The translations under genes and the position numbers were made by a program. The notes under the pieces were generated by a model that worked only from the letters and a program-made list of their open reading frames with translations, did no database searches and was not told where the DNA came from. 64,000 bases of DNA from a virus. Below are positions 40,500-51,430 of this stretch, piece after piece; position 1 is the first letter of the stretch; each line of letters starts with the position of its first letter. The DNA lies in the IMG/VR virus record IMGVR_UViG_3300036715_002236, positions 4,438 through 68,437 of that record; one strand, 5' to 3'.

Positions 40500-41575
40500 T
40501 TTGTGTGCCTTCAAGTAATTCTTGACATTTTATAAAAAGTCTGAGAGTATGGCGACCTCATCAGTAAGGGAGCGAACCTGAAAGTGATGTGACGGATAAA
40601 ACCGAACGATTGGGGGACCGGCGGCTGCGCAAAGCGCAGGGACATTCCCGTATCAACGAGTTGCACAACACCAGTTTCCCTTATGACCATGCGAATGTAA
40701 AAGAATTCGTCGTCGCCAGGCTCCGACCAGAAAAAATCACCCCTTCATAGCGCCGTAACCCGTTGATGGTCAAAAACATAAAATTGAAAATTTTTATTGA
40801 GAATGAGTCCTAATATCGAAAATTTGTAAAAAATGTAAAAGTTGTAAATGTAAAATTGGTAAAAACCGCATTTATTATAAATCCATAATTATCAACCAGT
40901 TACGTTAAATGACCGAATACCAGTGATTTACATAATTTGTAAAAATCTGGATGGATGAATTTTTATAAATCCTTCCCCCCTCCTTGGACCACCCCGCTCT
41001 GATTTCAAGCTATACTCATATATCTTTGAAGTTGTATCAAGTCCGATATTCCTTCAGTTGTTTAATGTGTCGTTTCGCTTCGCTCAACCGACAAAGCTAA
41101 CCAGGATAGGTAGTAGGTGCCCCGAAAAAAGCGGCGGCTAAAATAATGATTTTTGGTCGGGTCTGTATAAACTACTACAGACCAATTACTTAGCTCATAA
41201 AATAGTTGGTCTACTGAGTCTGCCTATCTCAGTATAGGTCTGTCTGGATTAGGCAGGGTAAAATGGGGCAGGGGGGCACCTAAGCGAGAAGTTTTGTCAA
41301 ACGTAATCTTTCCCACCTCTGGCGCTTATTCCACTCTATACTGAACTCAGAAACGGTAGGCAGGGCACCTAGATCGGTTGGAAGAGTCAATGTAGAATCT
41401 TTCTTCAAAGCTTTCTCAAATAACATCCTGAACTTGCTGTTGTTCTTAACTGGGCCCTAGCAAAACCGCTAACCTAAATTTATTTACAACTATCTTTTCG
41501 GAATAGCATGCAACCTTGGCGTCTCTTCGTCTGGTCCACCTACCTAAAACGTGGCAAATCCAACAGGCGCCAGGT
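40500..41575. other. ~1-kb non-coding region with AT-rich repeats and GGGCACCTA motifs
   Basis: No ORF in the track; TGTAAA repeats ~40824-40855; GGGCACCTA at ~41114 (reverse), ~41274, ~41363. Confidence 0.6.
40521..40552 (+). promoter_or_regulatory. rightward copy of the early promoter
   Basis: CTTGACATTTTATAAAAAGTCTGAGAGTATGG. Confidence 0.55.
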
Positions 41576-42674
41576 CTAATCATCGCTTAAATCGCTGGAC
41601 TCGACGTTCTGAATGATTCTGAGTCGAGCACCATCTTTACTACGACTTCCGTAAACGGGTGACAATAGTTTATATACTCTCAGAGCCTCTTCCCAATCGT
41701 CGTCAAACCATTCCACGGACTCATTGAGAACGATGGGTTTGCCCGGCCCCATATCAACTGGCCATACATGATGAAGCCCAAACATTAGGCGTTCCTCCAG
41801 CATTTTCCAATCCAACCGGCTAACTTGATGGCTCCTAAAATAATAAGCCACATCAGTATTACAACTTCTACCGCAATCATACCGAAGAAGAGTTGAGACT
41901 GACTGTTCTTTGGGACATCCGTGTGAACCGCTGCAGTGACAATGGCACCCATTAAATGTAGTCCACCATAGAAGAGCGCACCAACGAGTCCAAAGGCAAG
42001 AAGACCGAGGAGAGCCTCACCGACACCTAAAGCAATGTTACGAAGAAATCGAAAGAGTTTCATGTATGATAGATGGCTCCGCGTAGAACCCAACCGATAA
42101 GAATTAGAACACCCACCATGTAAACCAAGATGGTATAGCTCATACTTTTCTTACCATACTCTTCATAGAGTAACCCACCTAGCATAGTCCCCAAGAAGAA
42201 GGCTACGCCAAGAGTGAGTGTCAGGGTCGGCGACGAGAAGTCCATTTTTACGAGGTGGCGACCACATCAGCCTCGGCCGGAGCGACCGGAGCCCTGTCAC
42301 GGTTCTTGAACTCAGGCTTCATGGAGTTGAGCCAATATCCCGCGGAATACACGAGAGGCTTGGCAAGTTTCTTCTCCAGCACCTTATGGCTGGTAAGCCG
42401 ATAGAGAGACATGCTCTCAATTAGATTCTTCAACTTGACCCGATAGTGATGACCGTTGAGAATCTTGAACTCAACACCCTCATCAACCGGAATGGCATCC
42501 TTGTTGAGCTTGTGGCGCTTAAGCGCATCCGGCGCAAGAGTGCCCTTAGCGGTGAAATTGTGCCCACGGTCAGCTGTCTTTGTATTACTCATATAGAGAG
42601 ACACTGACAGCTCGTATATAAATAGTCAAGAACTATTTGCCTAAATCAAGGCAGGGCACCTAACTTATTGATAA

Positions 42675-43298
42675 TCAACTATTCAACTGAATAACAATAT
42701 CTTCCATCGCAATAAGACGATTTGCTACTTCTGCCGCACATTTAGGGCTCCTTACATCTAACTCTTGAAAATACAAGGCTGAACCTCCCGCGTTATTCCA
42801 GAGCTCAACATCACGCTTAATGCAACTCACTAAAATATCTTGTCTGCCGTTATTCAATAAAACGAGATTGTCGGTGCTCAAACTCATGGCTAAACGCTCC
42901 ACCCCATACTTACCAAAATTCTTATGAACCCACGCAGCTTTACCCGCCCAACTTCCAGGATCGGCCATATACGCTTTACCCACAAAATGAACATCCCCAG
43001 AACTCAACGCATACGCTTTCTCAAACATCAGCCAACTCCAGTCATACACCGGAACATTCTCCCAGAACTCCCGCCCATGACATATATCAAACAACACCTC
43101 AGGCACAAAATGTTTCTGCAGCATATTCTCCTCAAACAAACCATCATTAGTATAAGGCAATTGCAAATCATCGAGGTATTGCGCAGCCAATGTAGTGAAG
43201 TTTGCTAGAACAGCATCTATAGTGAAAAAGAAACGTGGAGCGGTTTGGGCTGGGCGTGAGAGGGAAGCGGAAGGAAAATAAATGTAGGAAGAAGACAT
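42675..43298 (-). CDS. HAD-family 5'(3')-deoxyribonucleotidase-like protein, degenerate
   Basis: FFFTIDAVLANF, FWENVP, GKAAWV.KNF, WNNAGG; catalytic Asp positions altered. Confidence 0.6.
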   Translation of the reverse strand: MSSSYIYFPSASLSRPAQTAPRFFFTIDAVLANFTTLAAQYLDDLQLPYTNDGLFEENMLQKHFVPEVLFDICHGREFWENVPVYDWSWLMFEKAYALSSGDVHFVGKAYMADPGSWAGKAAWVHKNFGKYGVERLAMSLSTDNLVLLNNGRQDILVSCIKRDVELWNNAGGSALYFQELDVRSPKCAAEVANRLIAMEDIVIQLNS

Positions 43299-43512
43299 TC
43301 GCAATATATAGAAAAAACTGGGCGTTTTAAAACGAAAAAAATTCTGTGGCTGGAGGATTAGCCCTGAGCATCTGCCTTCACACTATTCTTCTATATTATA
43401 TCCCTGTCTTCCCACTTCTCCCCATTTCCCTCCACTTTATCTTTCCTCGGACCTTTAGAGCCTTCCAGATGCCATATGATTACATTCTAGAGACTATTGG
43501 GTATATACAAAG

Positions 43513-43803
43513 TTATAAGTTCATTTGCCTTGCTTTCTTTTCTGTGTCCAATCTCTCTAATTCTTTTTGGGCTTGCTCTCTTGCTATCCAACCATATATA
43601 CAAAGCGGTTGGTCTTTGTTTATGTTAAGATTGACCAAACAGTTACTCGGTTCTTCCCTTAACATGTTCCTTAGTTCTTTCTTTATAGGCGTGCTAGCAT
43701 CCAATGCATCCCAAATGCAATCAAGGAATTGTTTTCCTTTTAGATTGTTCGGGTATCTGCAGATTACTGAGCAATCTTCTGAGCGTATAATAAAGTATCT
43801 CAT
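43513..43803 (-). CDS. paralogous family protein 1
   Basis: MRYFI...VIC...KKELRNMLRE. Confidence 0.7.
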   Translation of the reverse strand: MRYFIIRSEDCSVICRYPNNLKGKQFLDCIWDALDASTPIKKELRNMLREEPSNCLVNLNINKDQPLCIYGWIAREQAQKELERLDTEKKARQMNL

Positions 43804-44087
43804 GCAAGTTGTTTATCTAATTCGGCTATAACAACCTTAGATTCTTCTATAGTCATCCAACCGTGTATAGATAAGTCGGTGAATTTGTTTATGTTCAGAT
43901 TGATTAAGAGTCCTCGCTTATCTTCTCTTAACATAGCTCGTAGTTCTTTTTTTACATCCGTGTCAGCGTTTAGCCTCGACCAAACCCACTGCTTCATTCC
44001 TTCCTGTCCGAAAGTCATTCCTTTTAAATCGAATAGAGATTTGCAGATTACCACACAGTCGATTGAATATGATATAAAGTATCTCAT
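43800..44087 (-). CDS. paralogous family protein 2
   Basis: MRYFI...VIC...KKELRAMLRE. Confidence 0.7.
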   Translation of the reverse strand: MRYFISYSIDCVVICKSLFDLKGMTFGQEGMKQWVWSRLNADTDVKKELRAMLREDKRGLLINLNINKFTDLSIHGWMTIEESKVVIAELDKQLA

Positions 44088-44380
44088 GTATATAACATCC
44101 GTCTTGATAGTTGGTCGGGAGTTTTCCAGCCGTTTACGGATAACTTTCTATCTACTATCTTGTCGGTTGACATTAGGTAGGCACACGCTCTTATTTTTGG
44201 TCTTCTTAACATTTGTTCGCCGACAGTCGTTTCCCTTAACATGGTTCTCAGTTCTTTGCACACAGCATCAAATGCGGGTAATTTATACCACTTTTTTCCC
44301 TGATAGGTGTGTTTGTTCATGTTGATTGTTGACATACATATGATTGTATGGTTATCTGCTATAGCTACGTAGTATCTCAT
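44084..44380 (-). CDS. paralogous family protein 3
   Basis: MRYYV...IIC...CKELRTMLRE. Confidence 0.65.
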   Translation of the reverse strand: MRYYVAIADNHTIICMSTINMNKHTYQGKKWYKLPAFDAVCKELRTMLRETTVGEQMLRRPKIRACAYLMSTDKIVDRKLSVNGWKTPDQLSRRMLYT

Positions 44381-44539
44381 ATATTTTCTCCCATGTAGTA
44401 TGGCGGTTTGGTTACTTCTCTTTCTACGTGTTCGTTAAAGATTCTGACTGTTTCTGCGTGAGCTTCCTCCATCTCTTCTTTCGTGTGATTATAGAATGGG
44501 CTACAATCTTCAACATTGATTGTCCATTCACATTTTAGT

Positions 44540-44923
44540 TTACGTGGTTGGTTCATTGTTTATTTCCATGAAGCTAACGGATTCCGAATAGTAGCCGTTT
44601 GATTCTCCAATCCATTCAATTACAAATGATGAGTAATTAGCCTCAATTCCAAAAATTGTTTTTGTGGCTGACTCTGATGATGGATAACCGCTGACGATAA
44701 GTTCAGTTGCTTTCGTTACTTCGTGGTTTAAGATATACTCTAAATCACCTTTTACGGAATCAATTTTTACTACTTCACAGCAGTCTTGATCGTGATAAAG
44801 AACAAAGTGGCGACCTGATTTGGTCTTGATATTAACAAGTTTGGAGTCTTCTTTAGCTCCGAGAATTTCTGTGATGATTTCGCCTTTTAATACAACGGCG
44901 AAGTTGCTATCTGTGTTTTTCAT
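44540..44923 (-). CDS. conserved phage protein
   Basis: HDQDCCEVV...GESNGYYSE motif. Confidence 0.7.
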   Translation of the reverse strand: MKNTDSNFAVVLKGEIITEILGAKEDSKLVNIKTKSGRHFVLYHDQDCCEVVKIDSVKGDLEYILNHEVTKATELIVSGYPSSESATKTIFGIEANYSSFVIEWIGESNGYYSESVSFMEINNEPTT

Positions 44924-44936
44924 ATGTTTAGTAGTG

Positions 44937-45227
44937 TTATCCCTGAGGAACATCTTCAACGATTATTGTGTTACGATACTTAAAGGCCATACAGACCCAC
45001 GCAATGTTAGCAGTGACCATGCAAACTGCTCCAAAGGTTGACCAAGGTTGTCCTAGCGATGGATAGTAGTAGAGATTCCATATACCCCAAACAGTGTAGA
45101 ATAGGGAAAGAGGCCAGTAAAGGCCCCGCACAGCTTTATCTACGGATAGCTTATAGACATTCATCCATCCTGCCCATGCACCTAAAAGTTCAAAAGAACC
45201 GTTGACTATATCATTTATAGTTTGCAT
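44937..45227 (-). CDS. three-helix membrane protein (PQ-loop-like)
   Basis: Three hydrophobic segments; K.VRGLY linker. Confidence 0.5.
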   Translation of the reverse strand: MQTINDIVNGSFELLGAWAGWMNVYKLSVDKAVRGLYWPLSLFYTVWGIWNLYYYPSLGQPWSTFGAVCMVTANIAWVCMAFKYRNTIIVEDVPQG

Positions 45228-45281
45228 ATTAAAGTGAGTGATAATGTTCCATTGGAAGAAATTTAACTGTCCAGTCTTCGC

Positions 45282-45764
45282 TTAATTTTTACTCTTAGCT
45301 TCAATTTTGGAATACTCAAGAGAAAATTTAAATGGGTTTGGTGTGAATTTCCAAATTCCAAACAAAGGTTCGTTTTGGTCTTTGACTCTCCACATATCAC
45401 GGTGAACTCCATCGATAACAACCCAAGTATGATTGTGGCTTTCCAACAAGTAACGGCCGCGAGGATAGAACTTTGAAAAGTTCATGGGAGTAATCTTTCC
45501 TCGTTTTAAAGAAACACGCTTAAATTTTCCGTTTAAAACCTTTCCTTTCTTTCGTTCAATCCAACGATCTGACCAAAATCCTTCATTTGATTTTCTACCA
45601 GCCTTTCGGAGAATGTCATAAATTTCATCGTATGGCAGACCTGACAGAATAGCGAAAGCTCTCACAGAGCAATCGTTTATTTGATATGGTCGCCTTGAAT
45701 AATTACGTCCGCCGTCATCCAAGACCAAAGGATAGAAGTTTATTCGTGATTTTTCCATTTCCAA
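45282..45764 (-). CDS. papain/C39-like phage protein
   Basis: NDCSVRAFAI...HNHTWVVIDGVHRD. Confidence 0.55.
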   Translation of the reverse strand: MEMEKSRINFYPLVLDDGGRNYSRRPYQINDCSVRAFAILSGLPYDEIYDILRKAGRKSNEGFWSDRWIERKKGKVLNGKFKRVSLKRGKITPMNFSKFYPRGRYLLESHNHTWVVIDGVHRDMWRVKDQNEPLFGIWKFTPNPFKFSLEYSKIEAKSKN

Positions 45765-46412
45765 AATGATAACAGGTCACGGAGTTTCTGCAACCAATTT
45801 CTTTTGTCTCTATAATAAGGCAAAGGAACAGCTTCATCCCAAGAGCCATCGTGAGTTTGGCACAAGTCTGTTGGTGGGGATTTTGTCTCTGGCTTCATCG
45901 AAGCGATGCTAATGCTATGGAAGCTAAAATAAATAGCCCAAGCAATGAAAGAGCCATAATCCAAGAGAATACAGCGATGGAGGCTAATACAAGGAGAAGG
46001 ATGGTTCCATACATGCGAATGGCAAACTTACAGTTGTAGTCAGCATTTTCGACTGAAATCCAATTGACCAAAGTAAGGCCGGCGAAGAAGGTAAAGACGA
46101 GAAGATTGATTAGTTCCATATTATTTTTCTGATTGAGCTTGTTTTATCCAGCGGATATAGTTTTTGTCGTAATCGGAGAGAGGTCGACCTGGCTCAGATT
46201 TTTGTAGAGGGACTGTTCCGAGAATGTGTTCGTATGCTTTCTCAAAGAAGTCGAGATTGGCTTGTTCAACGCTGGAGGTGTCGTGTGGGCACAACTCCGA
46301 CATAACGTGATAGCGAAGTTTCATAAAAGTATCTATCAAATTCTTCTTATTCTTTAGTCTTGTTTCAGCCATTATTCCACAAGACTCTTTTACAAATTGA
46401 CAAATTCCCATA

Positions 46413-46886
46413 TTACTCCTTAAACATTTCCCTAACGGTATTGTGGAAGATTTGAGTCAATTGTTCCGACATAGCAAATCTGTCTTTGTTGAAAGTTACG
46501 GAGGTGCGAATGTTGCCATCCTTATTACGTGCTGTAGCTGCTTTCCAGTCACAGAGCATTTCGAGTAGATCGATGAGGGTCATGTCATTGACTCCATTCG
46601 GCCAATGTTGGGGATGGTGTCGGTTTTTGGCATAGTGGTTATCCGTGGCAGGTTTCACCTTCTCAAGTAAGGAAGCATACTCAGGCGAACCATACTTAGT
46701 TTTAATAAGCTCTGGCCCAAATTCACCAAAGATTTCCGCTTCAGGACTTTCTAACTTACTTTGGTCATGGAGTCTTGCTCGGTTGTCTAATTCTTCTATC
46801 ATTTGATAGAGGTAAGACCTAACTGCGTGGATATGCTTTATGGTTTCAAGCTTTCCAATGATAACTTTGTCGTCTATGGTATTCAT
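46413..46886 (-). CDS. HD-like hydrolase (DUF5662-type)
   Basis: HDQSK, HYAKNRHHPQHW, EMLCDW. Confidence 0.7.
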   Translation of the reverse strand: MNTIDDKVIIGKLETIKHIHAVRSYLYQMIEELDNRARLHDQSKLESPEAEIFGEFGPELIKTKYGSPEYASLLEKVKPATDNHYAKNRHHPQHWPNGVNDMTLIDLLEMLCDWKAATARNKDGNIRTSVTFNKDRFAMSEQLTQIFHNTVREMFKE

Positions 46887-47954
46887 TTTTTAATTGTGAC
46901 CATTGTATAACGTGCATCTTTAACTCGTTCGAAGAACGCGATAATTTTCAACACGAAGATGGCAAGATATGCGTTGATGCGTTTCATGTCTTCTTCAGCC
47001 ATGAGAAGATCGGATTCATACCAACGGAGTTTTACAGTTTCAAATAGTTTCATTTTAGTGGTAGTAGTCTGACGGTGAAAAATGCTCTGGGACCGAACTC
47101 AGTTGGATGCACAATGGAGAAATTACATTCTATAAGTTTTTCTTGGCTCCATCCAGTATGGCTGTTATCAGGAAATTGCCCTAAATTCTTTTCAATGTAA
47201 TATTTACCATCATTGGCGAGAACAAAAAGTTCTTCGTCTCCGAGGCGTTCAAAGTAAGATGGCATGCCGGCGGGATTGTTCATGGTGATATGGTAATTGG
47301 AAATGCACTTGACTGTGGAACCGTTATTGGAATCCAAGGAGAATAGATTATTCCTGGGGTATAAAAGGCCGGATTAATGGAGCCTAACATTTTCCAATTT
47401 GATTTTTTGGATTTTGGTGATTTCTTTTTGGATTTCTTTGGGTATCTCTTCAATAGAAGGGACATAGCTTCTCGAAGAGTAATCTTTTCGTAAACTCCAA
47501 TCAAGTTATCATACCCAATATGGTGAATAATATAAACAAAGGTTTCACATGGCGATGAAACTTTTAAACCATAAGCCAGTGTTGAATTGAAGGATGTCTT
47601 TGATTGGTGTATCATTTTAATCGGATCAAGACTATCGACCTCAATTCTATTGCCATTGTCCCTGCCACCAACTAATAAAACTTTATAAGGAGGATTCAAT
47701 ATACTTCCTCCAACACAGTTCTGCGTTTTTGATTTTTTCTAATGGCTTTTTCTTTTTTCAATTCTCTTTCTTTTTCCTTGAGAGAGGCAAATGTTACATT
47801 GGCATCTTCGTAAGACATCCATTCAGGAGTTCTACGAGCTTCAAGAACTTTTGGCCAAGAAACTAAAGTATAATATCTCTTAGTTAGTGGGATTGGAATA
47901 AACCAAAATCTTTTAACTTTGACGACACAGGCCCGTCCACCTTCTGTTACGAGT

Positions 47955-48584
47955 TTAATTTGGTAGTTCATTTGTAGGTGTTTGTAGTGTTATCCACTTC
48001 CAAAATTTTAGAAGTTTGCTTGCTTTCTTTTTCTCTAAAACGGAAATGTATTTCCGAAGAGAATTGACTTCCGAGGCCCAGTTGGCTCTTTCTTCGTGCC
48101 ACGTAGAAGCTCTAGGATTCATTTCCTCTGGGGGAGAATCCTTTGGAGGATTTCCAATTTTATCTCGCAAAGCGCCGGCGATAGTCATTGCATTATCTGC
48201 AACTTGAGCCGCTTGCTGTTGTCCTTGGAAATACAAAGATTCTCTATTTTTTGATTTCTCTTCTAAATCTTTAACTTCCGATTCAAGAAACTTAACTCTT
48301 GATAAAAGGTATTCTTTTTTGGCGAGTTCATCTTTAAAATTTCTCTGGGATTCTATTCTCTCAGCTCTCAATTTAGCATTACTTTCTTGAATCTCTTTCA
48401 GAAGTTTTTCAGCTGTATTTGCTCGGTCTGTCCTTGCCAAGATGTCTTGTTGTAATTTGTCAATTTCTGCTCCGGCGTAAATGAGACGCATGCCGTGGTC
48501 ATAATGAAGCTGGCGTTCAGCTTCACTCATTCCGTTCATCCTTTTTCTCGCGTCGTTGATAATTTCTTGTGTAGTCTGTTTCAT
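47955..48584 (-). CDS. coiled-coil protein
   Basis: Heptad-rich E/K/Q sequence. Confidence 0.6.
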   Translation of the reverse strand: MKQTTQEIINDARKRMNGMSEAERQLHYDHGMRLIYAGAEIDKLQQDILARTDRANTAEKLLKEIQESNAKLRAERIESQRNFKDELAKKEYLLSRVKFLESEVKDLEEKSKNRESLYFQGQQQAAQVADNAMTIAGALRDKIGNPPKDSPPEEMNPRASTWHEERANWASEVNSLRKYISVLEKKKASKLLKFWKWITLQTPTNELPN

Positions 48585-48816
48585 TTGTATTGAATTATTT
48601 CGGGTTTATCCTTACATCCGCTATAAGTAACAAGACAACGTGAACCATCTTTGTCGATATAAAGACGATTGATTCCCGCCGAACCCTTGGAGTGATTGAT
48701 TTTATTAATTTTGTCGGCGATGGCTTCTCCTTGCCATTCTTTCTTTGGTCTGCCACGTTTAATTTGCATGTAAGAAGTATTATCGATTCCTTCTCTAAAG
48801 TCAATCCCATTTGCGA

Positions 48817-49261
48817 CTAACCTAAGCTGTTATCCATCTTGTAGATACAATAGTCAGAATTTTCAAATACCACTTCAAATGGAAGCACTGTATTTTCTTG
48901 GTATGTTCCTATCGAAGTGAATCCGACATTTTTCACATTTCGCCTAACGGTGAAGAAAGCACATCCGTCAGAAGTTAATAAGTAATTTACACTACCAATT
49001 ACAACCATTTGAGAATGTTTCTCCAAGGTATTTAGAACGTAGTTGCAGATAATCGTGTCGTATTTGCCTGTTGGATGTTGTGGTTTGTAATGAAAATCGT
49101 AACTATCAAAACCGAAGTGATTAGCGTCAAAGCCTCTGCCACACCCATAGTCAAGAGTTCCCCCAAATCAAATTGTTCTGATGAAGATAGCGTGTTGGAG
49201 CAGAAGGTTTATTCCGTCCAATGGCTGTCTTATGACTAGAGAGTTGTGCGGAGGCTATCAC
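48817..49261 (-). pseudogene. class I SAM methyltransferase (phosphorothioation-associated MTase-like), frameshifted
   Basis: SHKTAIGRNKPSAPTRYL then, after a shift at the G5 run 49160-49164, TLDYGCGRGFD...YDTIICNYVLNTLE; mostly missing from the ORF track. Confidence 0.7.
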
Positions 49262-49488
49262 TTTCTCGGACCAATTAATTTGTTATTCATAGATTCTTTC
49301 CCGACGTTCGAGGTAAACTAAATTTGGTTTGGTATTTGTATCTTCTTCACGAGCAATGTGCCATTTGTCACATTCTCTTTTAGAATCATTTGATTTCAAA
49401 AATAAATCGGCATCTCCATAGGTGAATACGCGAGATTCTATGCGACGATACTTCTTAAACACACGAAAATATATTTGGTTAACGATAC

Positions 49489-50124
49489 TCATGCTACCTT
49501 GGCTCCCTTGTAAACTTGCATGTTCCTCAAATCTACATGATATGAGTTATCCTGAAGGTTCATTGTTTTCCTCTGCTTAAGATAAACTCCCATCGTCTGT
49601 GCAGTCCCACCGTCCTTGAGGTATTCCTTGTTTCCGAAAGTAAAAGCGATTGCATGAGTCGAGTTCTTTGCAATTCTACCGTTTCTGTCAAACATACCAC
49701 TACCAGCCACAATATCAGCTCCTGTGTCAATAGCATCACATATCTCAGCAAGAGTATCACGACCTAAAACATCAGAAAATAACTTGTGATAGTAATTACA
49801 GGTTCCGCCCGGATTTGTCTTCCAATCAATATCACCATTATCTTTGAACCTTCTTTCTTCAAGATTAAATTCACATGGAAGATAGAGTCTCAGAGCAGGT
49901 GCATGTCCAGCAAGGAATAAGGCCACAGCCAAATGGTCGGCCCAAGCTGCTCCACCTGAGATAAGCATGTTGTTTCCTCCCTCTTTTTCCGCCACACCCA
50001 AAACAAATCGACGAGCTATGTCGGTCATATGGGAGTAAGATGTCGCAGTCAATCTCTTACCGTCTTCATAACGACCAGCTGTTCCGATGATGGCTATTGT
50101 ATTCAATGTGTTCACGATTTCCAT
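49489..50124 (-). CDS. SLOG-superfamily protein
   Basis: IAIIGTAGR, ISGGAAWADHLA, RN..IA, GGTAQT. Confidence 0.7.
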   Translation of the reverse strand: MEIVNTLNTIAIIGTAGRYEDGKRLTATSYSHMTDIARRFVLGVAEKEGGNNMLISGGAAWADHLAVALFLAGHAPALRLYLPCEFNLEERRFKDNGDIDWKTNPGGTCNYYHKLFSDVLGRDTLAEICDAIDTGADIVAGSGMFDRNGRIAKNSTHAIAFTFGNKEYLKDGGTAQTMGVYLKQRKTMNLQDNSYHVDLRNMQVYKGAKVA

Positions 50125-50663
50125 CCTTCTGTTTGTGGGAGAATCTTTTCAAAAGCAAGTTTTTCCAAGCGAGCACCATTCAAAGCGTTGTGTAATTTTG
50201 CTTCTGGTTCCAATCCACAAGCCATGAGGATTTCATCCAAACTCATAGATTTACCAAACTTTTGATATGCCAAACTATGAAGGTCAACGGCTCGATAGCC
50301 GAATGGCCACATAAAGGATGCTGCTAGGGGAAGGTTACGGTGAATCTCTTGAATGAATGGAATATCAAACGAACCGACTTGTTGACCACCTAAAAGATTA
50401 GGCAAAGCATTTTTTACTTTCCATTCCATGAAACTCAAATAGAGATCAGCCTTAGTCTGTTTCTTTGGGTCAAGACATTGTTCTCTGGTAAAGCCATTAA
50501 TACTTAGTGAAAAATCATCAATGTAATCGTCTGGGTCAAGACGACATTCTCCGTAAAACTCTTGACCTGAGAGAAAGTCTACTGCACCTAAACTAAGAAG
50601 TCCGCTCTTCTTTGGGTCAAGGCCGGATGTTTCGTCATCAATGATAAGAAAGTTATAAATCAT
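50112..50663 (-). CDS. DEDDh 3'-5' exonuclease
   Basis: IDDETSGLD, SFDIPF, VDLHSLA, HNALNGA. Confidence 0.85.
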   Translation of the reverse strand: MIYNFLIIDDETSGLDPKKSGLLSLGAVDFLSGQEFYGECRLDPDDYIDDFSLSINGFTREQCLDPKKQTKADLYLSFMEWKVKNALPNLLGGQQVGSFDIPFIQEIHRNLPLAASFMWPFGYRAVDLHSLAYQKFGKSMSLDEILMACGLEPEAKLHNALNGARLEKLAFEKILPQTEGWKS

Positions 50664-51016
50664 ACTAGAATTGTCTACTAAAATTAGTGTTTTGTCAATT
50701 ACAAATCCAACTTGGTTCTCTCCAAAAATTCCAAACCTAATGGAGTCAGAGGATTAGCGTATGACCATTCAGACAGAACTTTGTGTTCGATGAAGCCCAT
50801 ATCAACAAACTTCTTACACATTGGACTTATTATATCAAGATTGGGTGCTCCGAATGGACCCCAGCCATCACGAGGCATTAATACATAAACCACAATATTA
50901 TCATGGCAACCTTTTAAAAATCCTATCTCTTCATCCGAAACGGAGTATGTTTTTCCAATGGTGATGTAGGTATTTCCACCATAACAACTATCGATGATAA
51001 GTTTGTTTTCCATAAA

Positions 51017-51430
51017 TTATGACGCTTTGTTCATTGGTAGCAAGTCGAAACTGATTAGTTCGTAGTTTCCTATCTTTTTGTTTTCATCAAGAACACCGAA
51101 TCCTCTAGGACGCAGGCCCCAGAGAGGGACTGTTCCTTTATCATTTTCTATTATCTCTGCCAAAACTTCTCCCATAGGTGTTTTGAGTGTTTGTGCCTCT
51201 ATTATTAGGTTATTACCGTCTAGTTTGGCACTGTTAACAATGTGACTGGCTTTACTTAAATCAATCGTTTCAGTTTGATAATGATCGTCACTCCAGATAC
51301 ACCCAATAGAACGCTTTTCATCTATTTGCTTTTGATATTCGAGGAGAGCTTTCTCCACCACTTCACGCGGATAGATGCGACCATTCTTATTGGGTGTATC
51401 TGTGATTAGAGCTATGCCAGAGAATTTCAT
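51017..51430 (-). CDS. T4 gp21-like prohead protease homologue (probably inactive)
   Basis: PNKNGRIYPREV, SHIV, TPMG, RGFG, LISFDL. Confidence 0.75.
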   Translation of the reverse strand: MKFSGIALITDTPNKNGRIYPREVVEKALLEYQKQIDEKRSIGCIWSDDHYQTETIDLSKASHIVNSAKLDGNNLIIEAQTLKTPMGEVLAEIIENDKGTVPLWGLRPRGFGVLDENKKIGNYELISFDLLPMNKAS

